In this document: positions 46,622-55,738 of the stretch, piece after piece
Layout: each line of letters opens with the position of its first letter
Numbering within the stretch: the stretch's first letter is position 1
Source: Candidatus Latescibacterota bacterium
GTDB lineage: Bacteria; Latescibacterota; UBA2968; UBA8231
Direction of reading: 5' to 3'
DNA: 64,000 bases
NCBI GenBank assembly: GCA_965242865.1
Contig: CBDETK010000013.1
Span: forward strand, 2,816,001 to 2,880,000
The notes under the pieces: model-generated
The model's input: the letters and a program-made list of their open reading frames with translations, nothing else
Databases searched by the model: none
What the model was told of the DNA's origin: nothing
Position numbers and translations under genes: made by a program

Positions 46622-48562
46622 ATGGACCTAGACGAACTGCTGAGCGACGTGGACCTAGACGAACTGCTGCGCCTCTACGACGAGGCGGCCGAGGAGCTGA
46701 TGCAAGTCGCTCTCAGCGATGGCCACTTTGCCGGCCGCGATGCAAGCGAAATCACTTGGCCGGTGGGCAGCGACCTCAACGCGCTCACGCGCCGCGCCGA
46801 CCTGATCGGCAGCATTCACGAAGGCATCCCCTCGCTCCGCGACAAGCGCCTGCAAGAGGCTTATGACCACTACGAGCGCGTCGGCCCCGCCTATCACCGA
46901 GCGAACCGTCTTTACCTAGCAACGCGCCAGCTCTTCGTCGAACGCGGGCACGGCGATGCACTCGATTTCCACGCGCTCTACCAATCGGTCTATCTACACG
47001 CCCTAGGCCGCGACAACCCCTACGCCCTTGACGAAGGAGAAGCCGCCCTCGTCAAGTTGCGGGTCGCCCGCGTGCCCCTGTCCCACGCCCACGCCGTCGC
47101 CGAAAAGCTGCAAGCCGGGGGTGGGCGAAAAGAACCCGCCGCCGACTCGGGCGACGATCCGCGCTTGGCCGAGCACTATGCCTGCGAAATCAATGGGGGG
47201 CGTCACGCCGGAACGCTGCGCGACCTGCTCAGCGAGGTTGCCGAGCGCGTCGTCGATTACCTCGCCGCTGGCGAACATCTCGCCATCCGCTTCAACGCCT
47301 ATAGCAACTTTATCTATCTCGGTATATCGGTGTGGAAGGCCATCACGGACGCCGATTTGCTCTTGGCCCGCATTGAGGGACGGGTGCGACCCCAATGGCA
47401 TCAAAAGCTGGGCAAGTTGGTCCTGTTGGGTAAGGGCATGCTACTCAAGTTCCTCCAAGCCCACTCCGAAGACCCCGCCCAAATCAAGCCGAGGGAGTTT
47501 TGGTACGGCCAAGAGTACAGCTACCTGACCCGCGACATGATTGACCTGACGCGCCGCTTAGTCGCCCACGTCAACCGACTCGCGGGCCGAGTGCCGGGGA
47601 AAGTCGAGCGGGTGGTCCTGCCCCCCCTGCTTACCAGCAAGGTCAAAGGTCGCTTTCTCGAATACCAGCACGTCGGGCGACGCCAGACCCTCGGCCCATG
47701 GCGACGCCGGGCACGCCTCTTGCGGTGGGCTTGGCTCTATTACCGCACCGGACGCCAAAAAATGAGCCTCCTAGCGAAGCAGCTCCCCGAAGCGGAGCGT
47801 CTCAAAGCGGCCAGCGCACAAAGCGGCGAATGGGGGCGGAAGTCGCTGGACATTTTCGATATTGAACTGACCATCAGTGCCGATCCGCTCTTTGCCGCGA
47901 CCGCCCGCGACCTCGACCTAGCGAATAAGCAGGCCAAGGTTCTCTTTCTTCCCACGCACCGCAGCCTCTTCGACCATCCGGTGATGAGCAGCCTGCTCCA
48001 CGACCCCCGCTTCCTCGAGCTGATGGGCTGGCGCGAACCCGCCGCGCCTGTGATGCTCGCCCGCGCCCGCCTCACCGAACCCGCAACCCTGCGCCTTGGC
48101 GGTCGCTCTTTTTCCCTGATTGGCTTTACGACCGAGGAAGTAGATACCATGATGGAGGCCGTTGACGGGCACGTCATTATGACCCGCTCGGCTGACGCGC
48201 GCAGTCCCACGCGCCGCTTTGCCAAGCTCCTCGCCGAGCGGCCGGGCGTCGTCTATGGCGAGGGCACCACCGCCGCCTTTGAGCATCAGTGCCTACCCAT
48301 GCAGCACGCGCTCTTTGCGTACCTACCGCCCGACGTGATCATCGTGCCGCTGGCTTTGCGCGGCATCCACTCGTTGTGGCCCAAGTGCCCGCGCGGCAAT
48401 CTCGACATCGGCAGCGGGCGGGTCGAAGTGGTGGTCTGCCCGCCGATGCTCGGCGAAACCACGCTCTTGCCGCGCAAGCGCGCCCTGCGGACGCAGCTAG
48501 AGCCGGCTACGCTCTTCCAAGCCATGCACATTGCGCGGCTTTTTAATCCAGAACCGGGCTAG
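46622..48562 (+). CDS. Hypothetical protein with C-terminal PlsC-type acyltransferase domain
   Basis: THRSLFD (HxxxxD), YGEGT, IVPLALRG; ~400-aa unrecognised helical N-terminus; 27-bp-period duplication at the start (MDLDELLSD/VDLDELLRL). Confidence 0.65.
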   Translation: MDLDELLSDVDLDELLRLYDEAAEELMQVALSDGHFAGRDASEITWPVGSDLNALTRRADLIGSIHEGIPSLRDKRLQEAYDHYERVGPAYHRANRLYLATRQLFVERGHGDALDFHALYQSVYLHALGRDNPYALDEGEAALVKLRVARVPLSHAHAVAEKLQAGGGRKEPAADSGDDPRLAEHYACEINGGRHAGTLRDLLSEVAERVVDYLAAGEHLAIRFNAYSNFIYLGISVWKAITDADLLLARIEGRVRPQWHQKLGKLVLLGKGMLLKFLQAHSEDPAQIKPREFWYGQEYSYLTRDMIDLTRRLVAHVNRLAGRVPGKVERVVLPPLLTSKVKGRFLEYQHVGRRQTLGPWRRRARLLRWAWLYYRTGRQKMSLLAKQLPEAERLKAASAQSGEWGRKSLDIFDIELTISADPLFAATARDLDLANKQAKVLFLPTHRSLFDHPVMSSLLHDPRFLELMGWREPAAPVMLARARLTEPATLRLGGRSFSLIGFTTEEVDTMMEAVDGHVIMTRSADARSPTRRFAKLLAERPGVVYGEGTTAAFEHQCLPMQHALFAYLPPDVIIVPLALRGIHSLWPKCPRGNLDIGSGRVEVVVCPPMLGETTLLPRKRALRTQLEPATLFQAMHIARLFNPEPG

Positions 48563-48775
48563 GGAGCAAGGAAATCGAGCCGTGCCCCGAACCTCGAACC
48601 CCTCGCCCTTCTGCGCGACCAGTGGCGCGCCGAGCCGAGCGGCCATGGGGGTAAGAGGACGCGGATTGACGCCTAAACACCTGCGCGGCAGATATTGTAA
48701 TTTGCGGCGCGAATGGTTATCGTAATGGACGCGGCTAAAACCGCACAAATACCAAAGGCCAAAAGGAATCAGGCG

Positions 48776-50155
48776 ATGCAACCTGTCAAATTTATTTTCA
48801 AAAAAATTGGCCCTATAAAAGAGGCCGAAATGGAATTAGGCGACATCACGATCATTGCCGGGCGCAACAACACTGGGAAGACGTATCTGGTGTACACGCT
48901 TTACGGCTTTCTGAAACAGTGGAAATGGCCAATTAAAAATGAAAAAATTGTTAAAGAAATGATAGAGATAGATAAGGATCGATTCAAGCGCACCGTAGAT
49001 AGAGAAACACTCGATCAAGATCGAAAAAAAATAATCCGTGAGGTGACCCGTTCCTTCTCGCAAGAAGACTTGGCCAGTGTATTTAATTCGCCAAGCGGTA
49101 CTTTCTCGGGATCTTCTATTGAAGTCAAATTTCTCGACGAATTCCCTCTCGACGAATATTTTAAAAATTTACCGATTGATATTCCTTTCAAAAAAGATGG
49201 CCTTGTTTCAATTCGGCACGATGGAACCGATATTATCGCAATCTACAAAAACGCAAGGGAACAAGAGCCCGATGACTCTTTTTTTCCTATTTTTATCTCG
49301 TTTTTTTACCGTCGATTTTTGTTTCCAGAACTGTCTTTTGAACCGTTCATCTTTTCTGCTGAACGCTTTAGTATTTCGCTTTTCTACAGAGAACTCGATT
49401 CTACCAAGAGCCAAGTGGTGGATTATTTGCAGAAAATGGACGACGACAAAGATAGAGATCGCATTTCTCCATATATCTTCATAGACAAAACGACCAGTCG
49501 CTACGCGCTTCCCATAAAAGACAACATTGACTACACCAGGGACATATCTAATCTAAAAGGACAAAGAAGCGAGCTTTACGACTCCAAATTGTTTGACAAA
49601 ATCAAGGACATGATGGAAGGCTATTATAGCAGTTCCAATGACGATATCGCATTTATCTCCAAGCGCAAGGGACGCAGCTTTAATCTACCGTTGCACATCG
49701 CGTCCTCCTCAGCACGTGGACTATCCGACTTATATTTCTACCTGCGTCACACAGCAAAAGAAAATCAACTCGTCATCATCGACGAGCCAGAGAGCCATCT
49801 CGATACAGCCAACCAAATACTACTGGCGAGATTGTTGGCGCGGATGATACAGTCCAATCTGAAGGTTCTGATAACCACCCACAGCGACTACATCATCAAG
49901 GAAATCAACAATCTCATCATGCTTAGTAGGACGTTCAAAGAGAAAAAGAAGGTCGTTAAGGATCTGGGGTACAAAGAAGACGACTTTATCAAGCCAGCCT
50001 CCGTCCGGGCGTATGTCGCAGAGGGGGATAGCTTGACCAGGTGTGAAATTGATGAATTTGGCATCGACATGCCCGTCTTCGACGAAACCATTAATAAAAT
50101 CAATCGGACCTCAAATGAACTTGCCTCGCGCCTCATAGAAGAAAGGGATGCGTGA
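48776..50155 (+). CDS. ABC/AAA_15-21-type ATPase (defence-associated)
   Basis: IGPIKEA, GRNNTGKT Walker A, IIDEPESHL Walker B, ITTHSDY; AT-rich. Confidence 0.88.
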   Translation: MQPVKFIFKKIGPIKEAEMELGDITIIAGRNNTGKTYLVYTLYGFLKQWKWPIKNEKIVKEMIEIDKDRFKRTVDRETLDQDRKKIIREVTRSFSQEDLASVFNSPSGTFSGSSIEVKFLDEFPLDEYFKNLPIDIPFKKDGLVSIRHDGTDIIAIYKNAREQEPDDSFFPIFISFFYRRFLFPELSFEPFIFSAERFSISLFYRELDSTKSQVVDYLQKMDDDKDRDRISPYIFIDKTTSRYALPIKDNIDYTRDISNLKGQRSELYDSKLFDKIKDMMEGYYSSSNDDIAFISKRKGRSFNLPLHIASSSARGLSDLYFYLRHTAKENQLVIIDEPESHLDTANQILLARLLARMIQSNLKVLITTHSDYIIKEINNLIMLSRTFKEKKKVVKDLGYKEDDFIKPASVRAYVAEGDSLTRCEIDEFGIDMPVFDETINKINRTSNELASRLIEERDA

Positions 50156-50720
50156 AATGGCGATAAATTCGGTATTGGAAAGAGTTCTGAAAGAAGATGT
50201 TGTGGAGACGCCAAGTAGGGATAAAACGATCACCCTTCAGGAAAAGGACCCGAACGTCAATATGGAGGTGAAAATAGTTACACAGTCTGCGTCCGTTATC
50301 GCGATACGAATGAGTGCTAGGAACCACTTATCAACTATGCAAGATGGTCCATGGAAGCAGATATGCGACTATCTGCTAGTTGTTGAATCCGCCGATAAAA
50401 TTCACGCCGTTTTCATTGAACTGAAGAAGACTCTTACAAAAGAGGAAAGGCCAAGAGAACAGCTACGACGATCCCCGCCACTTTTAGAATATCTTCTTTC
50501 CGTCTGCAAAATTGAGGATAATAGCATTGACACAACGCGAATAAACACCAACTATTTCATTATAGGGGAAAAATTGAACGAAAAGATCGACATGGAGCCG
50601 GTGAGAATTGATCCTAATAAAATGATTGAAAAGGAGCAGTACAAGGGGATCGAAATTGCGACATCGACCAAGAAAAGATTCACTCTCAATGAATTGATAA
50701 CCTTAAATGAGGCAGCATGA
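50148..50720 (+). CDS. Putative PD-(D/E)xK-like nuclease, ATPase partner
   Basis: CDYLLV...FIELKK...EQL pattern; overlaps the ATPase stop. Confidence 0.6.
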   Translation: MREMAINSVLERVLKEDVVETPSRDKTITLQEKDPNVNMEVKIVTQSASVIAIRMSARNHLSTMQDGPWKQICDYLLVVESADKIHAVFIELKKTLTKEERPREQLRRSPPLLEYLLSVCKIEDNSIDTTRINTNYFIIGEKLNEKIDMEPVRIDPNKMIEKEQYKGIEIATSTKKRFTLNELITLNEAA

Positions 50721-50917
50721 CGAAAACTGTACCAGCCCCGAGATTAGAATCGACCGTTCCTAGAGGTACGGCAGCTCCGGCGTATCACCTGTCGGAATCG
50801 TTGGATCGGTTGAGCCTGTCAACGCAGATGAAAAACCGAGTAGTTCTCGTTCCCGTCCACACGCAAACACTGACGATCCTCAAATGGGTTCGCCCGTTGA
50901 TCGCAGAAGTTAATAGG

Positions 50918-53900
50918 CTAAAAGAGCGATAGCTGTTCAGTCCCGCGTCGGCGCGGCATGGCCACCTCCTCGCGCACGAGCAACCGAGCGGGAATCTCAT
51001 CTACAAACGGCGATAGCGCACTCTGCACCCGCTCGCCATAGTGCTGGCGACTGCGCGCCCGCAGCAACACCAACTCCTCCTCCGCTCGCGTCATGCCCAC
51101 GTAAAAGAGCCGCCGCTCCTCGGCGAGGTCGGCGTCCCGCTCGCGGAAGGGGACGAGGCCGTCCTCCACCCCGCAGACAAATACCACTGGAAACTCCAAG
51201 CCCTTGGCTGCGTGCAAGGTCATCAGCGCAACGGCCTCCGGGCCTTGGGGGCCGCCCCGCTCCTCGTAGTCGGCCTCTGCGCCTAGGAGCACGGTCTCCA
51301 AAAGCTGGGCGAGCGTTCCGGCCTCGTCCGCTACGCGAGCCAAGTGCTCCAAGTCCTCGTCCTCCGGGTCGCCGAACTCGGCCTGCCAGCGGCGCACCCA
51401 AGCACCCGCCCCCTCCTCGGCGGCCCATTGCCTGTATTCTGCTATCCGCGCCTCTAGTGCCTCAACCCGGCTTTGCGCGGCGGGCGACAGTTCTCCCTGC
51501 CGCACTTGGCGCAAAATGTGCGGCTCCGCGCCCATGGCCTCTAGTGCCTGCCAGCGGCGGAGGTCCTCTTGCGAAATTGAGGCGTAGCGGACAAACGCCA
51601 AGGCCGCTCGCACCGCTGGTGCTTGGAGAAAGCCCTTCTGCCCGACGAGCCGGTAGGGCAGGCCCTCCTTGCGGAAGCACTCCTCCAGCACTTGGCCCTG
51701 ACGGCCGGTGCGGAAGAGCACGGCAAAGTCGGCGAAGCTGCGGGTGCCCTCTCCGCCGGCATCGGCCTGCACCATATCGGTGCCGCCGACCATGCGGGCA
51801 ATCTCCCGCACCACCGCAATGCCCTCGGCCGTCTCGCTCGGCACCTCGATTAGGCGGAGCCGATCCTTTGCCGGGCGCATGGCTGCGAGCTCAATGGCCT
51901 CGCGCCCCGGATTGTGGCCGACGACAGCCGCGGCCGCCTCGACAATATGCCCCTGGGAGCGGTAGTTCGCGCCTAGATGGAATAGCTGTAGGCCCGAGAA
52001 GCGGTCGCGCAACCGGGCGAAGTACGCGGGCGAAGCGCCGCGAAAGCTGTAGATCGCTTGATCTGGGTCGCCGATGGCCATGAGGCCCGCGCCTGCACCC
52101 GCCAACTGGAGGACCAACCTATACTGGGCGGCGTTGAGGTCTTGGAACTCGTCTATCAGCAGATAGGGGAAACGCGCCCGCACCTGTTCCCGCACGGCCG
52201 CATCCCCTTCTAAGAGGCGCAGCAAATCCAAGAGGATGTCGTCGTAATCGCAAGCGCCGGCCGCATGGAGAACCGCCTGATAGGCGCTGTAGTGCGGTCG
52301 CCACTCTTCGGCCACTTCATCCGGCCCCTGCGCCGCGGCCTTGGCCAGCGAGATGGCGCGGCTGGCCGCGGCGACCGGCCCCGGCAAACCAGCATCGACC
52401 AGCGTCCCTTCGAGCAACCGGCGCGCTTCCACCTCGTCGAGCACCAGCTTTGGCTCGCCGCCTAGCTGGCGCAAGAGCGACAACGCCAAGCGGTGGAAGG
52501 TCCCCACCTGCATCGCGCCCAGCCCGGACTCACCGCCCAATAACGCGCTCAATCGCTGCCGCATCTGTCCAGCCGCTCGCCGCGTAAAGGTAATGGCCAT
52601 GATCTGCCCCGGGTCCACGCCGCTTGCGACCAGCCGCGCAATGCGCCGCGTCAACACCCGGGTCTTGCCCGACCCCGGGCCAGCCACGACCACTAAAGGC
52701 CCGCCGGCGGCCTCTTCGATTTGCCGCTGTGCAGCGTCGGGCGCGGCCGTGGCCTGCGTCGCTGGTGCGGTGCTAGCGGGTTTTGGCCGCGGCACCGGCA
52801 CCGCGGCCTCAGCCGTCTTTGCGACCGCCGGTCCCAAGTTGAACAACGCCCCCTGCCCCTGTAAGCGCGTCCGCTCCTCCTCGCTGAACACGCTGATCAC
52901 GCCGTACTCCCCATCGTGGCCCGGGTAGATTTCGACTTCGCCGCAGCGCATCCGGCGCACGCCTTCGGCCACCAACGGCCCGCCGCAGCTTTCAATCGCG
53001 TTGAGTCCGGCGCGGCGCAAGACTTCGAGTTCCGGGCCGATCTCGGCCAAGAGGCGGTCGTACACGGCGCGGACTTTTTTGCTTTTCGGGCCAACGCCCA
53101 CCGCTGCGCCGATTACTTCGTCGAGCGGGATCAAGTATTCGTAGGAAGGAGCGACGTCCGGGCGAAACCCCTCCGGGCGGTCGGCCAGCCGCTCCACCCG
53201 ATGCAAAACCCCCACCGTCAGCTTGCGTCCGCACACCGGGCAGATTCCTTTAGCGGCTAGCGTTTGCGCGGGCTTGTAGCACACCGAGCACTTGCGGTGG
53301 CCGTCGTAGTGGTACTTGCCTTCTTCGGGATAGAACTCCAAGGTGCCCAAAAAGCGCGCTGGGTCGCGGTCTTTGAGCGCAGCGTAGATGCCCGGATACG
53401 AGCGCTCCGCATCAAAGCACGTGGCTTCGCGGGCCAGTTTTTGCGGCGAGTGCGCGTCGGAATTGGAGATGATCGCATAGCGGTCGAGGGCCGACAGGCG
53501 CCAATTCATCGGCGGGTCCGAGGACAGGCCGGTCTCTACCGCGAAGATGTGCGGCAGCAGATCCTCATAGCACTCCTCCAACGAGTCAAAGCCCGAAGAG
53601 GCCCCCAGAGCGGCAAAGTGCGGCGTCCATATATGGGCTGGGACGAAGAGCACATTTTCGTCGGCTTCGAGACAAATTTCCAAAAGGTCGCGGCTGTCTA
53701 GCCCCAAGATGGGCCGACCGTCGGACTGCAAGTTGCCAATGGTGCCGAGGCGGCGGTTGAGTCGGGCGACGGATTCGAGGGAGGGCAGGATGACGACGTG
53801 GTGGATCTTGCGGGTCTTGTCGCCCTTCTTGTAGATGGTGCTGATTTCCACCGAAAGCATGAAGCGCACGGCGCGGCGGCAGTGCTCGGGCAGTTCTCGT

Positions 53901-54124
53901 TCTACGGCGGCGCGCCGGCCGGGTTCGAGTTGGTACAGCCCCTCTTCGGCCGGTTCGAGCTGCTCTGACAGCTCGGCAAACCACGCTGGATGCGTGTAAT
54001 CGCCGGTGCCGACGACGTCAACGCCCTTGAGTGCCGACCACTTGTGCAAATTGGCGGGGTTGAGCTCGCGGCTGGTCGCTCGCGCAAAACGCGAGTGCAG
54101 GTGTACGTCGATGATGAACTGCAT
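50918..54124 (-). CDS. PHP/endonuclease Q-like domain fused to UvrD/PcrA helicase
   Basis: DVHLHSRF, PAHIWTP, ETGLSSD, NSDAHS, GKYHYDGHRKC..CPVCG; AGPGSGKT, IDEFQD, GDPDQAIY, HAAKGLEF, EERRLFYVGMTRA. Confidence 0.9.
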   Translation of the reverse strand: MQFIIDVHLHSRFARATSRELNPANLHKWSALKGVDVVGTGDYTHPAWFAELSEQLEPAEEGLYQLEPGRRAAVERELPEHCRRAVRFMLSVEISTIYKKGDKTRKIHHVVILPSLESVARLNRRLGTIGNLQSDGRPILGLDSRDLLEICLEADENVLFVPAHIWTPHFAALGASSGFDSLEECYEDLLPHIFAVETGLSSDPPMNWRLSALDRYAIISNSDAHSPQKLAREATCFDAERSYPGIYAALKDRDPARFLGTLEFYPEEGKYHYDGHRKCSVCYKPAQTLAAKGICPVCGRKLTVGVLHRVERLADRPEGFRPDVAPSYEYLIPLDEVIGAAVGVGPKSKKVRAVYDRLLAEIGPELEVLRRAGLNAIESCGGPLVAEGVRRMRCGEVEIYPGHDGEYGVISVFSEEERTRLQGQGALFNLGPAVAKTAEAAVPVPRPKPASTAPATQATAAPDAAQRQIEEAAGGPLVVVAGPGSGKTRVLTRRIARLVASGVDPGQIMAITFTRRAAGQMRQRLSALLGGESGLGAMQVGTFHRLALSLLRQLGGEPKLVLDEVEARRLLEGTLVDAGLPGPVAAASRAISLAKAAAQGPDEVAEEWRPHYSAYQAVLHAAGACDYDDILLDLLRLLEGDAAVREQVRARFPYLLIDEFQDLNAAQYRLVLQLAGAGAGLMAIGDPDQAIYSFRGASPAYFARLRDRFSGLQLFHLGANYRSQGHIVEAAAAVVGHNPGREAIELAAMRPAKDRLRLIEVPSETAEGIAVVREIARMVGGTDMVQADAGGEGTRSFADFAVLFRTGRQGQVLEECFRKEGLPYRLVGQKGFLQAPAVRAALAFVRYASISQEDLRRWQALEAMGAEPHILRQVRQGELSPAAQSRVEALEARIAEYRQWAAEEGAGAWVRRWQAEFGDPEDEDLEHLARVADEAGTLAQLLETVLLGAEADYEERGGPQGPEAVALMTLHAAKGLEFPVVFVCGVEDGLVPFRERDADLAEERRLFYVGMTRAEEELVLLRARSRQHYGERVQSALSPFVDEIPARLLVREEVAMPRRRGTEQLSLF

Positions 54125-54154
54125 GTTGGATCCTCGTTGGCTTGTAGGGTTGCC

Positions 54155-55051
54155 TTAATCCCGCCCGACCCAGTTGGCGACCACAATGCCCAAAGCCACC
54201 AACCCCATGCTGGCCAGCAGATAGGGCGATATGGCCTCGTCCAACAGCGCGGCACTCAACAGCACCCCTACCACCGGCGTGACAAAGCTGAAGCCTCCCA
54301 ATCGCCCCGGCGAGTGATGGCGGAGCAGAAAGACTAGGATGATAAAGCACAGCCCGGCGACGGCGATGCCTTGGTAGAGTACGCCAGCGACGACCGGGCC
54401 GGTTAGGGCGTATTCGGCCTCGGATTCCAAGAACACACTCCAAGCGGCGAACAACGGCAGGCTCAGCACGGCCTGCCAAAAAAGCACCTGATAGGGGTTA
54501 AGCCCCTGTACCAGCCGCTTGATCACCACCTGTCGCAAGCCCAACAACAAGCCGCTAACGGCCACCATCGCGTCGCCGAGCAGGTATTGGGTGTCGGCCA
54601 GTGCCAGCGACTCCCAAAACAACAGCACCACGCCGACAAACGAAATGGCCAAGCCGAGCCACCGCCCCAAGCCCAAGCGGTCGCCGACGAGCAAGTGCGC
54701 GAAGAGTGCCGTGGAGAAGGGATAGATGTTGACCACCACTCCCGAGCGGCTGGCCGTGGTATATTGAGTGCCGGCGTTCAAAAGCCATATTTGCAGCGCG
54801 AAAAGCAGTGCCAAGCCGCCCAGTCCCTTCCACTCGCTAAGGGGCGTCCGCAGCCGAATACCAGCAAAAAGTGCCCCGACCCATACGGTCAGAGCACCCA
54901 GCGCGAAGCGCAAGCCAGCCATGGCCGCGGGCGGCACCCCGTCGAGACCCATCTTGATCGCCACCGGATTGCCGCCCCACAGCACGGCGGTCACCAGGGC
55001 GAGGGCACCGGCCTTCAACCCGACGGCCTCGTTGCGGATTTCAGCGGCCAA
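54155..55051 (-). CDS. DMT/EamA family transporter
   Basis: 10 TM segments, LWGG, LRF, duplicated EamA pattern. Confidence 0.88.
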   Translation of the reverse strand: MAAEIRNEAVGLKAGALALVTAVLWGGNPVAIKMGLDGVPPAAMAGLRFALGALTVWVGALFAGIRLRTPLSEWKGLGGLALLFALQIWLLNAGTQYTTASRSGVVVNIYPFSTALFAHLLVGDRLGLGRWLGLAISFVGVVLLFWESLALADTQYLLGDAMVAVSGLLLGLRQVVIKRLVQGLNPYQVLFWQAVLSLPLFAAWSVFLESEAEYALTGPVVAGVLYQGIAVAGLCFIILVFLLRHHSPGRLGGFSFVTPVVGVLLSAALLDEAISPYLLASMGLVALGIVVANWVGRD

Positions 55052-55052
55052 C

Positions 55053-55703
55053 TTAGTCGATGATCTCGGCCTTGACGATGTAATCGAGATTGGGAAAGTT
55101 TTCTTGGAGATAGGCGTTGCCGCGCCCGGCGATCTGCCCTTGGTTGGGTTGCTGGCCGTACTCGGCGTTGATCTGGTCGACCACCTCCATGCCTTCTACC
55201 ACCTCGCCGAAGGGCGCAAACCCCATACCGTCGAGATTGGCGTTGTCGCCCAAGTTGATAAAGAGCTGGGTCGTGCGCGTATTGGGTTGGTTGGTTTTGG
55301 CGTACGTGATTCGTCCGCGCGTGTTGCTCTGCTTGACCGGGTCGTCGAGAATGTTGGCTTGGCGCCAAGCCATGTTCAGCTTTGGATTGCCGCTCAAGCC
55401 CCACTGCACCACAAAGCCGGGCACCACGCGGAAGAAGCGTTGCTCGTCGTAAAAGCCGTTGCGGACCAAGTTGTAGAAGCGGTCAGCACCGCGCGGCGCC
55501 CAATCGCGCGTCACTTGAATGACGACCGGGCCGGCGCTAGTCTCCAAGCGCACTGCGAATTCGTCCGGGGCCTGCTCCTTGAAGGCTTCGCCCGCAGGAT
55601 CCATTAAGAGCTCCTTGTTTGCTTCGTTTGCTTCCCCACCTTGGCCGCCGGTTCCACAACCGAAAGCCCAAAGTGCGATGATGAGTAGTGTGCTCGGCTT
55701 CAT
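55053..55703 (-). CDS. Cyclophilin-type peptidyl-prolyl isomerase, lipoprotein
   Basis: Lipobox AFGC; FFRVVPGFVVQWG, RTTQLFIN, PFGEVVEGM. Confidence 0.92.
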   Translation of the reverse strand: MKPSTLLIIALWAFGCGTGGQGGEANEANKELLMDPAGEAFKEQAPDEFAVRLETSAGPVVIQVTRDWAPRGADRFYNLVRNGFYDEQRFFRVVPGFVVQWGLSGNPKLNMAWRQANILDDPVKQSNTRGRITYAKTNQPNTRTTQLFINLGDNANLDGMGFAPFGEVVEGMEVVDQINAEYGQQPNQGQIAGRGNAYLQENFPNLDYIVKAEIID

Positions 55704-55738
55704 AATGTTATGCCTTTTGCTTGATGTGCAGATTTTCG

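Noticed and set aside
50717-50932. 71-aa ORF coupled to the nuclease-like gene as a third system component
   Set aside because: No recognisable motif or composition and it overlaps the convergent helicase gene end; kept only as possible junction debris
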